IMG/VR virus record: IMGVR_UViG_3300044723_001797
Span: 1 to 32,748 of that record
Length of the DNA stretch: 32,748 bases
Source: a virus
Taxonomy: Duplodnaviria > Caudoviricetes
Direction: 5' to 3' (one strand)
Part shown: piece after piece, positions 1-8,307 of the stretch
How the letters are laid out: every line of letters begins with the position of its first letter
How positions within the stretch are numbered: the first letter of the stretch is position 1
Translations under genes and position numbers: made by a program
The notes under the pieces: generated by a model
What the model saw: the letters and a program-made list of their open reading frames with translations, nothing else
The model's database searches: none
What the model was told of the DNA's origin: nothing

Positions 1-23
1 CACGATAAACACAGGAGGCCGAT

Positions 24-272
24 ATGGCACTTACAGAAGAAACAGTACAAGACAAAATAGAGATCGTAGGCGACTTCAAGCACGTTCAGGTGCGTACAGC
101 CACGGTCATCAAGCGTGACGGTGTAGAGATCAGCCGATCATTCTCACGCCATGTCGTCGCACCAGATGCAGACATCACAGGTGAAAGCACAGAGGTGCAA
201 GCCATCTGTAACGCAGTACACACACAAGCGGTTAAGGATGCTTACGCCGCACACTTAGCAGCACAGGAGTAA
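24..272 (+). CDS. Conserved phage protein downstream of tail fibre (possible fibre chaperone/accessory)
   Basis: AGGAGG RBS; VQVRTATVIKRDGVEISRSFSRHVVAP pattern recalled from small ORFs following marine phage fibres. Confidence 0.75.
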   Translation: MALTEETVQDKIEIVGDFKHVQVRTATVIKRDGVEISRSFSRHVVAPDADITGESTEVQAICNAVHTQAVKDAYAAHLAAQE

Positions 273-276
273 TACA

Positions 277-588
277 ATGGCTGTAACATTCACTTGGTCA
301 GTACCAATGACAGAACGTAACTTGGCAGACGGTGGGATTACTGTAATCCACTGGCGTTGCACAGGCGTAGACGGTGATTACTCTGCGTCTAGCTATGGCA
401 CAACTAGCCACACACCAGATGCGGATGCGGATGGTTTCATTGCTTACGATAACGTAACGGAAGCTAACTGCATTGCATGGGCGCAAGCCGAAGCAAACCA
501 AGCGGATGTTGAGGCGGCAATTGCTGCTAAGATTGAAGCTGACAAAACCCCAACCAGCGCAGCGGGAGTACCGTGGGCGGCTGAGTAA
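277..588 (+). CDS. Conserved tail-fibre-associated hypothetical protein
   Basis: AGGAG RBS; TWS..ER...VIHWRC...FIAYDNVTE...GVPW pattern typical of marine phage post-fibre ORFs. Confidence 0.75.
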   Translation: MAVTFTWSVPMTERNLADGGITVIHWRCTGVDGDYSASSYGTTSHTPDADADGFIAYDNVTEANCIAWAQAEANQADVEAAIAAKIEADKTPTSAAGVPWAAE

Positions 589-606
589 CACAGAAAGGAA
601 ATCAAC

Positions 607-831
607 ATGACTGAAGAAAAAAAGGTCATTACGATTGACGATGTAGAATATACCGAAGATCAGCTAACAGACGAAGCAAAGGCTTGTATTAATCACATTG
701 GTTCTTTGGATCAAAAGATTGCAAGCTCACAGTTTAATTTAACGCAGCTTCAAGTTGGTCGTCAGGCATTTATGGATCGATTAAAAGAGCAGTTAGACAA
801 TGGACAAACGGACAGTGCAGTCGGCACATGA
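607..831 (+). CDS. Small coiled-coil protein (DUF6447-like by recall)
   Basis: AAGGA RBS; ITIDDVEY..DQLTDEAK followed by heptad repeats. Confidence 0.7.
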   Translation: MTEEKKVITIDDVEYTEDQLTDEAKACINHIGSLDQKIASSQFNLTQLQVGRQAFMDRLKEQLDNGQTDSAVGT

Positions 832-991
832 TCGCATAGATCAAATAGAAAAGCAGTTGGTTGCAATGAAAACTGAAATGGACATTCAGTTTCGTGACTT
901 GTTTAACCGCGTCAAACGTCTTGAAGCTATTATGATAGGTTCATCCGCAACAGTTATTGTATTGCTGTTAAGGTTGATAACGACAGGATGA
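800..991 (+). CDS. Coiled-coil protein with C-terminal TM helix (XhlA/holin-like)
   Basis: AHDRIDQIEKQ coiled coil, then hydrophobic AIMIGSSATVIVLLL. Confidence 0.7.
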   Translation: MDKRTVQSAHDRIDQIEKQLVAMKTEMDIQFRDLFNRVKRLEAIMIGSSATVIVLLLRLITTG

Positions 992-995
992 TGAC

Positions 996-1463
996 ATGGC
1001 TATACTTGAGAGCATTGCGGCTGCGAATGCCGCTTATTCGGTTATCCGTCAGGCTCTTGGGAATGGCAAGGAAACTGCGGGGCTTATCGGCGCGGTCGGT
1101 AAGTTCCTTTCTGCGGAAGAAGATGTAAAAGAAGCAATCAACAAGAAGAAAGCAAGCCCGATCACAATGATTACGGGTAGCTCTGAAGGTGATTGGGAAG
1201 AATTTCAGCACTTAGAAAACCTAAGACAAAAGCGGCAAGAATTGGAAAGCTACTGCCGCTTGTATGCGCCCCCTGGCACATGGGATCGATGGCAGCAATG
1301 GCAAGCTGAAGCTAGGAAGCAGAGACAAGCAGCTAAGAAAGCGGCTGAGAAAGCCAGAGAAGAGCGTATGGAGCTATTAGCTACAGTTGCTGGGGTTGGC
1401 ATGGCTGTGATCATTGTGGTTCTCTGCATTTATTATTTGGGTATCTACATGGGAAAGTGGTAA
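996..1463 (+). CDS. Membrane-anchored hypothetical protein of the lysis region
   Basis: AGGA RBS; charged helical core, C-terminal TM segment. Confidence 0.75.
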   Translation: MAILESIAAANAAYSVIRQALGNGKETAGLIGAVGKFLSAEEDVKEAINKKKASPITMITGSSEGDWEEFQHLENLRQKRQELESYCRLYAPPGTWDRWQQWQAEARKQRQAAKKAAEKAREERMELLATVAGVGMAVIIVVLCIYYLGIYMGKW

Positions 1464-1552
1464 AGTACACAGTTTTGGACAAAAACGGAAAAGTGGTTAT
1501 AATAACCTCAAACAAAAGGATAGCAGAGTATTATGCCAGCAACAGTAATTGA
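1457..1552 (+). CDS. 31-aa small protein not in ORF track (MVKYTVLDKNGKVVIITSNKRIAEYYASNSN)
   Basis: GTG at 1457 to TGA at 1550-1552; fills the gap and overlaps both neighbours. Confidence 0.55.
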   Translation: MVKYTVLDKNGKVVIITSNKRIAEYYASNSN

Positions 1553-1745
1553 TGAATACAAAATATTCCCACGGCTGATGATGCTAGTGGTTACTATTTT
1601 AACTTACCAAAGCGTACACTGGTACATGTCTTTGCCTGATCCCAGCAATGGACAGGCTGGTTTGGTTTCAGTTTGCATGGGCGCACTAACAGGTTGCTTT
1701 GGAATCTGGATGAACAAAGAAGCTAAGACGGATCGCGGCGCATGA
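1533..1745 (+). CDS. Two-TM holin-like protein
   Basis: Two hydrophobic helices, charged C-terminus, position in lysis cassette. Confidence 0.65.
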   Translation: MPATVIDEYKIFPRLMMLVVTILTYQSVHWYMSLPDPSNGQAGLVSVCMGALTGCFGIWMNKEAKTDRGA

Positions 1746-2086
1746 TTGGTCAAATAGTATCAGCAATTGGTGGCCTTGCTACATCATACATTGATGGCAA
1801 GACAGCCATTCAAAAAGCAAACGCAGAGATTAAACTCAAGCAAGCCACTGGCGAAATGGATTGGGAACAAGCTGCAATCGAAGCCAGTAAAGACAGTTGG
1901 AAAGACGAGCTTTGGACAATAGTTTTCGTTTTAATTTTGGTCGCCAACTTCATCCCTTCTATGCAAGAGACAATGGCACAAGGGTTTGCTAATCTGGAGA
2001 CAACACCACTATGGGTACAATGGGGTATGTACGCTTCAATAGCGGCATCGTTTGGAATCCGCACGATGAGAGGGTTAAAGAAATGA
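1742..2086 (+). CDS. Holin (3TM, GTA-holin-like)
   Basis: ATGA overlap; SKDSWKDELWT and ASFGIR motifs; directly upstream of endolysin. Confidence 0.75.
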   Translation: MIGQIVSAIGGLATSYIDGKTAIQKANAEIKLKQATGEMDWEQAAIEASKDSWKDELWTIVFVLILVANFIPSMQETMAQGFANLETTPLWVQWGMYASIAASFGIRTMRGLKK

Positions 2087-2544
2087 GTTACAAACTAGGC
2101 AAGCGCAGCCTGTCAAAACTAGAAGGTGTTGATGAACGCATGGTTGCTGTCATTAAGTATGCCATTGGCGTTAGCAAGCAAGACTTCTCTGTGATTTGTG
2201 GTCTGCGTACCATTGAAGAACAACGCGCATTGGTAGCCAAGGGTGCAAGCCAAACTATGAAGTCAAAGCACTTAGATGGTATTGCCGTTGACCTTATGGC
2301 CTATGTAGATGGGGGCCGTTGGGAACTGAATCTTTACGACGAGATTGCTGATGCAATGGCAGAAGCAGCACACGCAGTTGATGTTCCAATTCGTTGGGGT
2401 GCAGCTTGGAATATTCCTGATATTGGCAAGTGGCGTATGGACGGAAGCACATGTGAAGATGCTATGAATCATTACATTGATACGCGCCGAGGCGAAGGTC
2501 GTCGCCCCTTTATTGATGCGCCTCACTTTGAGTTGATGGTCTAA
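2083..2544 (+). CDS. Endolysin, M15 family L-Ala-D-Glu peptidase
   Basis: SKHLDGIAVD (SxHxxGxAxD) and DAPHFEL zinc motifs; start reassigned to ATG 2083, which overlaps the holin stop. Confidence 0.92.
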   Translation: MSYKLGKRSLSKLEGVDERMVAVIKYAIGVSKQDFSVICGLRTIEEQRALVAKGASQTMKSKHLDGIAVDLMAYVDGGRWELNLYDEIADAMAEAAHAVDVPIRWGAAWNIPDIGKWRMDGSTCEDAMNHYIDTRRGEGRRPFIDAPHFELMV

Positions 2545-2734
2545 GTTTAGGTCGTATTGACGCTGAGATTCTACCAGTATCAGTACAGTAAAGATCAGCG
2601 GGTAGCACGTTAGATATTTCTTCGGCTGCTCGCACCAACTGGTAACATTTATCTGCACTGTTAGTTAAAATTTGGCTAGTCATTTCATAGCCATTTAGCA
2701 TGTAAACAATACTAAAAATATAATAAGTTGCCAT
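2510..2734 (-). CDS. Small secreted/membrane protein
   Basis: GAGAGG RBS before ATG 2734; hydrophobic N-terminus, two Cys, C-terminal SIRPKLRP. Confidence 0.6.
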   Translation of the reverse strand: MATYYIFSIVYMLNGYEMTSQILTNSADKCYQLVRAAEEISNVLPADLYCTDTGRISASIRPKLRPSTQSEAHQ

Positions 2735-2831
2735 TGTATTTGCCTCTCTGTTTGATAAATTGCTGCAGTGGGCAGTGGCGTCCAAGCCAGCAGCTATAGT
2801 CCGACCATTTACATAGCACTGCCCACACGAA

Positions 2832-3023
2832 TTAACCTAAACCTTTACGCTTTTTGTATTGCTCATAGGTTTCGCCGTATTGTGGGCGACCACCTTTCAT
2901 AGCGTTAAGTTTAGATGTGCCATCATACGAAAGATTCTTTAGTTCTTTGCGTGTGGCACGTTCATACTCGGCAAGAAGTTTCATCTTCTTACCTAATGTC
3001 AATTCGTCGTTCATTGTCTTCAT
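2832..3023 (-). CDS. Hypothetical basic protein
   Basis: Tiles with neighbours in the early arm; start may be 3014. Confidence 0.6.
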   Translation of the reverse strand: MKTMNDELTLGKKMKLLAEYERATRKELKNLSYDGTSKLNAMKGGRPQYGETYEQYKKRKGLG

Positions 3024-3588
3024 AAAGTTCTACCATCTTATCAAAGATTTGCGTTGCATTATGTTTCTCACACCACATGGTTCTGGCTGCGCGAGAGTTT
3101 GTTACTGTAGCAAACAACTGTAACTTAGCAATGCGCCCTTGCCTAAACAGGTGATCTAAGTCTCGACCCGCTGTTGCAGTTTGCATCCTATAGTTATGTT
3201 TTGTTTCTATTTCTTCGACCAGTTCTTGCGTTGTGTAAATCTCCATGGGGTATGCATTGAGATGATCGCACATCCATTGAACAACTTCCGCATGTGTCGG
3301 CTCTTTAATTACAGGTGCTTGTTTTTCTTTGTGCCTGTAATTTTTAAGAAGGTGTCTGAACGGCCCATCAGGATCGTACACCATATTCACACGAAGCTTT
3401 ACGCGCTGACCTTCTATGTTTGGAATCAGTTCTGCTACAACCTGATCCCCCTTTTGTGGATTGTTTTCCAAGATAACATGCGGTGGAATAAATACTTCTT
3501 CCGCTGTTTCAATCACACGTGCGAATCCAAATTTTCTTTCGTCGTCACACACCACATTTGTTATGTATATTTCTTTGATCTGACCCAT
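2989..3588 (-). CDS. Cold-shock/OB-fold-like N-terminus plus possible winged-helix C-terminus
   Basis: KFGFA and EVFIPP resemble RNP1/RNP2; AAGGAG RBS. Confidence 0.6.
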   Translation of the reverse strand: MGQIKEIYITNVVCDDERKFGFARVIETAEEVFIPPHVILENNPQKGDQVVAELIPNIEGQRVKLRVNMVYDPDGPFRHLLKNYRHKEKQAPVIKEPTHAEVVQWMCDHLNAYPMEIYTTQELVEEIETKHNYRMQTATAGRDLDHLFRQGRIAKLQLFATVTNSRAARTMWCEKHNATQIFDKMVELYEDNERRIDIR

Positions 3589-3787
3589 TGGTCTTTACTC
3601 CTTGTTTGATCACAGGCCAGTGAATGTTATTCAACTGTATAAACCTGTTAAGAACTTGCAACGTCACTCCTAATTCTGCTGCTGCTTCTGTTTGGGTAAT
3701 ACGGCTACGAGCAAGTGCCTCAACTTGCTCGATACGTTCACGCTTTTGGCGTTCCCGCAAACCGTACCATTTAGAATGGGATGGCAT
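3545..3787 (-). CDS. HTH DNA-binding protein
   Basis: TQTEAAAELGVTLQVLNRF HTH; start moved to ATG 3787, which overlaps the end of the SSB gene. Confidence 0.7.
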   Translation of the reverse strand: MPSHSKWYGLRERQKRERIEQVEALARSRITQTEAAAELGVTLQVLNRFIQLNNIHWPVIKQGVKTNGSDQRNIHNKCGV

Positions 3788-4301
3788 CGTCCAACTTTTC
3801 TTCTGCTGCTGGCGCACCAGTTTTCTCTGAGATTTGCAGAGACATATAGTTGTTGCCATCTTTCTCACGCTTCCAACCTGCGATACGCATGTTCTTGTTG
3901 GTTGCGTAATCTTCTACTGGCCCTGCGTAATCAGGCCGTGCAGGGTTGTCGCCTTTATCTTCTTCGAACAAGACTGCAACCTTCTGGTACACCTCGACCA
4001 GACGCTTACCGTTTTTGGTTTCATCTGCCACCAAGACAACCTTGCGATCATTACCTTCGATGTTCATCTTGCCTTGCAAGATCATACGCATAGTATCGAA
4101 TGGCTTGAACGCTGCGCCTGAGTTAGTGTTATCATAATCTGCCATGCTTCTGGCTCCTGTATTAAAGTGTTTCTGTGCAGCCCTTAGTCTACTGTGGTGA
4201 CTTCTGGACTTGTCCTTTCTGTGACCACAAGATTGCCCTGCCTTGGCTGCACACTTCGGGCAGGGAACCTGTTGAACCATTTCCTGAGTGACAGTTACCA
4301 T
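3771..4301 (-). CDS. ssDNA-binding protein (DUF736-like) with in-frame N-terminal zinc finger; internal start at 4145
   Basis: NPARPDYAG, IAGW, YMSLQISE and acidic DDAIPF tail; CPKC..C..H N-terminus; GGAG before ATG 4145. Confidence 0.8.
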   Translation of the reverse strand: MVTVTQEMVQQVPCPKCAAKAGQSCGHRKDKSRSHHSRLRAAQKHFNTGARSMADYDNTNSGAAFKPFDTMRMILQGKMNIEGNDRKVVLVADETKNGKRLVEVYQKVAVLFEEDKGDNPARPDYAGPVEDYATNKNMRIAGWKREKDGNNYMSLQISEKTGAPAAEEKLDDAIPF

Positions 4302-4747
4302 CCGCCTTTGGGCTGACCACTATCAGCGGCGTACTTGTTACCGTCCATTTCACCAAGGAACACATCAGCATTACATCCAATGTGCGACAGTGCTTTGGTC
4401 AAGCCATCGGTCACTGCCATCTTTGGTGCGTCTTCGTTCATGCGATTCTTTGCCATATCGTAGAACTTACGACAGCCAGTAAACGGCCCGAACGCATGTT
4501 GATTATCTGTGTGCCACACTGTGACATGTGCAAATACTGCCATGTCACCATTGGCTGTGGTCACAGTTTCTACTGTGGAATCCCAACCCCAACCCAAACC
4601 GATTGGCCCAAAGTGTTCAGTCATCATCCGCACTTGATACTGTGGATCAATGGCTGTAAATGAGCGCGAACCAAAGCTCACTTTCTTTAAATATTTCGGG
4701 TCTGATTTGGACAGTGAATTCCATATTGCTAAGTTTTCTTTTGACAT
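4295..4747 (-). CDS. Rad52/Sak-like single-strand annealing protein
   Basis: TEHFGPIGLGWG and EDAPKMAVTDGLTKALSHIG..ADVF motifs; lies between exonuclease and SSB. Confidence 0.82.
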   Translation of the reverse strand: MSKENLAIWNSLSKSDPKYLKKVSFGSRSFTAIDPQYQVRMMTEHFGPIGLGWGWDSTVETVTTANGDMAVFAHVTVWHTDNQHAFGPFTGCRKFYDMAKNRMNEDAPKMAVTDGLTKALSHIGCNADVFLGEMDGNKYAADSGQPKGGW

Positions 4748-4762
4748 CTTATATCTCCTTTA

Positions 4763-5536
4763 TTAGATGCGTTTAGTTATTCTAAGACTGCCGCGCTTAT
4801 CGCGCTTGATGGTTAAGTATTCGCAGAACACCTCACGTTCATCGTCACCAACCATATTCTTCAGGTCTTTCTTTGTACGCTCATGTATCTTTGCCGCTTC
4901 CATGTGATTGATGTAATCGGCTGACAAGCTTACAAAATGATTGTCTTGCGATGCATCACGCACCACCATGTTATCAATTGGTATGCTTGCTATGTCTACC
5001 TTGGGTACATCAAAGCCAATAGGTTCACGATCCTCGACAACGTGTCGCCAAAAATCACCAATGACCGCTAGCATATTGACAATGTAGTTGGTGTCTTTCT
5101 GGACATGTACGCTTTCCCACTTGCTGTTACCAAAGATGACAGAGAGGTAAGCACCATGCGTTGCGTTGGCTAACCACATGTAAAGCTGTAGCTGTGGCAT
5201 GTATCGTTCTATCACACCATCCATATCATTAAATGCATTGGTGTGCTTTGCTTCAACAACAGCATCATCTAGCATTGCATCCAGTGTACCTTTGATTGGT
5301 ATGCCACTGTCAGTGTTGCGCTCAATCTCAAACTGATGATTGCGCAGCACAACATTACGCTCTTGCTCGAACCACTTGAGATTAAAATCTTCTGTGTGGA
5401 TACCCATCTGTACGGCTAGGTTGCGGCTCAAATCTTCGGGCTGTGTGCGCCCTGTTTTGATGCACCATAGGTCGTACCATTCTCCTCGCATGATGGCAGT
5501 TGCATCACTGCCACCGATAAAGCCTTGTCTGTTCAT
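4763..5536 (-). CDS. YqaJ/lambda-exonuclease-like recombination nuclease
   Basis: RQGFIGGSD, GTLD...EAKH, YMPQLQLYM motifs. Confidence 0.92.
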   Translation of the reverse strand: MNRQGFIGGSDATAIMRGEWYDLWCIKTGRTQPEDLSRNLAVQMGIHTEDFNLKWFEQERNVVLRNHQFEIERNTDSGIPIKGTLDAMLDDAVVEAKHTNAFNDMDGVIERYMPQLQLYMWLANATHGAYLSVIFGNSKWESVHVQKDTNYIVNMLAVIGDFWRHVVEDREPIGFDVPKVDIASIPIDNMVVRDASQDNHFVSLSADYINHMEAAKIHERTKKDLKNMVGDDEREVFCEYLTIKRDKRGSLRITKRI

Positions 5537-5567
5537 AGTTTTTTCTCCTCTATAAAAACTACTATCA

Positions 5568-6050
5568 TCATTTGTTTATAGGTGCAAGATATTTTGCAAA
5601 GTCTTCGTCAGAAACTATGCCAGTATCTATCACCTGTTGTCGCCACCTTGAGTTGGGATCAAGTAAATAGTCAGGGATTGGCTCACCACGCAACACACGC
5701 CGTGCATAAATGATGTCAGTCTTGTCGGCTGCGTAGTTTACAGTGACATTGGGAACTGCAATCGCACGACTGTAATCTTTCACAGCTTCAATGGTTGCAT
5801 TGATAAATGTCTTGATCGAAGGCCACGCTCGCGCTCCATGGTTGGCGCGGACGTGTCCATCGACCTTGATAAGAGTTTGATCAAGATCAACTTGCTCGAA
5901 CTGAGATGGTATCTTGTTGTTAATGTCATTAACAATAAGCTGCATCTCCTCTCGTAGAGTTTCATCATCCATCCCTGCGGGTGGTGTGTAACGCTTAAGA
6001 AGTTTTACTAACCATGTACCAATGGTACGCTGTCGATCTTCTAATTTCAT
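5568..6050 (-). CDS. Hypothetical protein, possibly helicase-loader-like
   Basis: ATGA-coupled to the initiator (lambda P position); RAWPSIKTF motif; function inferred from position. Confidence 0.55.
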   Translation of the reverse strand: MKLEDRQRTIGTWLVKLLKRYTPPAGMDDETLREEMQLIVNDINNKIPSQFEQVDLDQTLIKVDGHVRANHGARAWPSIKTFINATIEAVKDYSRAIAVPNVTVNYAADKTDIIYARRVLRGEPIPDYLLDPNSRWRQQVIDTGIVSDEDFAKYLAPINK

Positions 6051-6712
6051 GACTTATCCTCTATTTGCCCTGGCATATCCCACACTAAGATTTCTTTCAG
6101 ACGATCTGTGTTTGTCGTTGCCTGTGGTGCAACGTCATCGATGTCATCATCCCAACGCTCACCGTTAAGCCACGTTGTCGGGTGCGGAATATATTGTTTT
6201 TCCTTCCCCTCGACTGCGGCTGCAAACTTCTTGACAGCATCAATGATTGTATGTGGTTTTTCTTTGCTGCAAGCTTTCTTGAAAGCCAGACGCGCATGAC
6301 CCTTGGCAACTTTTCTTGGGTACAAATCCCAGAACTCGTCGAAGGGTAGTGTCTGTGTGACACCCGAAGGTAATATATATTCTTCTAAGTTAATTATATT
6401 ATTACCTTTGTGTGTCTGTGTGACACTAGTTTGCTTTACCATTGGTTCCTCCTTAACAATTGTGAATTGATATAAGCTTGGGCGACCCTTGCCGCCCGAG
6501 TATCTTTCAATGATCTGATGTTCTACACACCAGTTCAACGCACGAATAACGGATGATCTGGACATGCACCCAAGCTTGGTCAACCGTTCGATGCTTGGGT
6601 AGCATGTCCCAGATGATCCAGTATGATCCGCTAAGATACATAAAATTAGCTTAATTTGTGCGTTAGGTACTTGCCAATGCAGTACTTCACGTAGTAATAA
6701 TTCATTATACAA
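6047..6712 (-). CDS. Phage replication initiator with N-terminal winged HTH
   Basis: KLILCILADH...CYPSIERL...SRSSVIRAL and C-terminal FDEFWDLYPRK...HPTTWLNGERWDD; TTG start with GAGG 7 nt upstream. Confidence 0.85.
   Translation of the reverse strand: MYNELLLREVLHWQVPNAQIKLILCILADHTGSSGTCYPSIERLTKLGCMSRSSVIRALNWCVEHQIIERYSGGKGRPSLYQFTIVKEEPMVKQTSVTQTHKGNNIINLEEYILPSGVTQTLPFDEFWDLYPRKVAKGHARLAFKKACSKEKPHTIIDAVKKFAAAVEGKEKQYIPHPTTWLNGERWDDDIDDVAPQATTNTDRLKEILVWDMPGQIEDKS
6349..6426. promoter_or_regulatory. Putative replication origin inside the initiator gene
   Basis: Two identical GTGTCTGTGTGACAC (6349-6363, 6412-6426) flanking an AT-rich core. Confidence 0.7.
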
Positions 6713-6750
6713 ACGAAAGCCTCATTCGTTTTTACCCATATACTCCTTAC

Positions 6751-6791
6751 TAGGGTCGGCTATCTCCTCTTTGCGCCGACCCTAATTTTTT
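6751..6791 (+). terminator. Intrinsic terminator antisense to the early operon
   Basis: TAGGGTCGGC/GCCGACCCTA 10-bp stem followed by ATTTTTT on +. Confidence 0.65.
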
Positions 6792-6794
6792 CCC

Positions 6795-7010
6795 TCAAGC
6801 TTCAATTGTACTTGCTTTGAAATAATATGTCACACGTTTTCCATTAACTTCTCGGACATATTTATCTATGGGATAGCCTGATTGTTTAAGTTCGAACACA
6901 CGCGCAGCCAATCGCATTGTGCCAATCATATTCAACGCATCGATAGGTGTAAGGTGTGTACCCTGATCTAAGATGTTTTTAATCATCTGATTCTGTGTCT
7001 CTGTTTGCAT
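6795..7010 (-). CDS. Small winged-HTH protein
   Basis: LTPIDALNMIGTMRLAARVFELKQSGYPI motif. Confidence 0.8.
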   Translation of the reverse strand: MQTETQNQMIKNILDQGTHLTPIDALNMIGTMRLAARVFELKQSGYPIDKYVREVNGKRVTYYFKASTIEA

Positions 7011-7326
7011 CTGTATCTCCTAACAATTCTGCAAATAGTTCTGCTGGCATGATTACGATTGTCTGCGGCTTGCCAGTTTTCCGCTTGTAGATTGCCATGT
7101 CACGCCCTTCTAAAACTGTGAACGGACTTGGGAATCCTGACTTATCTCTATACTTTACTTCAGTTACCACATGTCGTCCGTCCAGTGTGGCGTGGATGTC
7201 TCCTGACCACTCGCCTCCGAGCGATCCTGAGAGCGGGACTCGCTTGGCAGGGATGCCGATTGAGTTGAGCCACTCTGTAATTTTTCTTTCGTGGTAACTT
7301 CCCTTTGACTTATTTTTGTTTGCCAT
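6979..7326 (-). CDS. Holliday junction resolvase (Hjc-like PD-(D/E)xK)
   Basis: KSKGSYHER, RVPLSG...GDI...EVK motifs. Confidence 0.82.
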   Translation of the reverse strand: MANKNKSKGSYHERKITEWLNSIGIPAKRVPLSGSLGGEWSGDIHATLDGRHVVTEVKYRDKSGFPSPFTVLEGRDMAIYKRKTGKPQTIVIMPAELFAELLGDTDANRDTESDD

Positions 7327-7490
7327 CGATCTGCCTCATAACAATCTAAACATATGGTGTGGTATTTAGCAGGTTTGATCCCTGCCAAAACTTGAACAAA
7401 GTATTCTGATTCAAGTTCACACGCATCACATTGATACGTTGTTCTGTTCAGAACCTTTCGGGCAGACTTTGATCTCAACGCCAAGTGCAT
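7164..7490 (-). CDS. Small zinc-finger protein
   Basis: CDAC...CLDC fills the gap 7327-7425; C-terminus overlaps the resolvase; start uncertain. Confidence 0.5.
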   Translation of the reverse strand: MHLALRSKSARKVLNRTTYQCDACELESEYFVQVLAGIKPAKYHTICLDCYEADRWQTKISQREVTTKEKLQSGSTQSASLPSESRSQDRSEASGQETSTPHWTDDMW

Positions 7491-7695
7491 CTAACCAGCA
7501 CGTCAACATGAACCCTGATGGCACACGTTTGTACTGCTCCCATTTGTGAACTAAAGAAGTTGTACACCCAATCATATCGGCTAATGTTTCTTGTGAATAT
7601 CCAAGATCATTACGCCTTTCGACAAGAGCAGTGACCATCAGACTATAGCTGTCGGTCACTTCAGTTTCCTTCGAATAGTTTTCAAAGGTAGTCAT
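7426..7695 (-). CDS. XRE-family HTH regulator
   Basis: RRNDLGYSQETLADMIGCTTSLVHKWE..RVPS. Confidence 0.88.
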   Translation of the reverse strand: MTTFENYSKETEVTDSYSLMVTALVERRNDLGYSQETLADMIGCTTSLVHKWEQYKRVPSGFMLTCWLDALGVEIKVCPKGSEQNNVSM

Positions 7696-7913
7696 AACTG
7701 TCTCTTGTTTTTCCTACTTCGGGTGCGCCCTTCTTTAATCAATTGAATCATATTGGCAACTTTTACTGCCGTATCAAAACTGATCGCGGTCTTGCCTTGA
7801 ACAGTTCGATAGTAAGTTGACGGTGGAACCCCTGCTCGAACAAATATCTTAAGCAGGGGTACATCTACATCTGCTGCTAACTCTTGCAGTTGATTAAAGT
7901 AACTCTTTAACAT
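7692..7913 (-). CDS. Cro/CI-like HTH regulator
   Basis: RAGVPPSTYYRTVQGKT; ATG 7913 preferred over the GTG at 7931. Confidence 0.7.
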   Translation of the reverse strand: MLKSYFNQLQELAADVDVPLLKIFVRAGVPPSTYYRTVQGKTAISFDTAVKVANMIQLIKEGRTRSRKNKRQL

Positions 7914-7931
7914 ACTGCATTCGTGCAACAC

Positions 7932-8105
7932 CTAGTCTACTAAGTCAAGATCAGGATCGAATTCGATCTCTCCGTACCCACCGCAGTTGGTACAATCATC
8001 TTGATATTCTTCTGTACTAGGCGGGGTGTCTCTCGACACCCACGGCTCTGGTCGCCACCTGATAACGTTACCGTTACCGTTACATTCAGGACATGCTTTT
8101 AACAT
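7932..8105 (-). CDS. DnaJ-type zinc-finger small protein
   Basis: CPECNGNG...CTNCGGYG; GGAGG before ATG 8105. Confidence 0.75.
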   Translation of the reverse strand: MLKACPECNGNGNVIRWRPEPWVSRDTPPSTEEYQDDCTNCGGYGEIEFDPDLDLVD

Positions 8106-8106
8106 G

Positions 8107-8307
8107 CTAACCTCCAAATTCTTTTACCCATTCTTCTTTGGTAACGCCTGTTATAAGAAACTCGCGTTGCCATTTATCAAGATGTGGCATGGCATGTTGA
8201 ATTAGTCTGCCACTTTCCCAATCTTCGATTTGTTCTTTTGTTATTGGCAATTCCATTTCATTGGTCTTGCCACTTAACATGCTTTGCTTTTGCACAAACA
8301 TAATCAA
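8107..8307 (-). CDS. Conserved hypothetical phage protein
   Basis: LIQHAMPHL...REFLITG motif; ATGA-type overlap with upstream gene. Confidence 0.75.
   Translation of the reverse strand: MIMFVQKQSMLSGKTNEMELPITKEQIEDWESGRLIQHAMPHLDKWQREFLITGVTKEEWVKEFGG

Noticed and set aside
2011-2082. N-terminal extension of the endolysin
   Set aside because: Lies inside the holin; ATG 2083 gives a standard ATGA coupling
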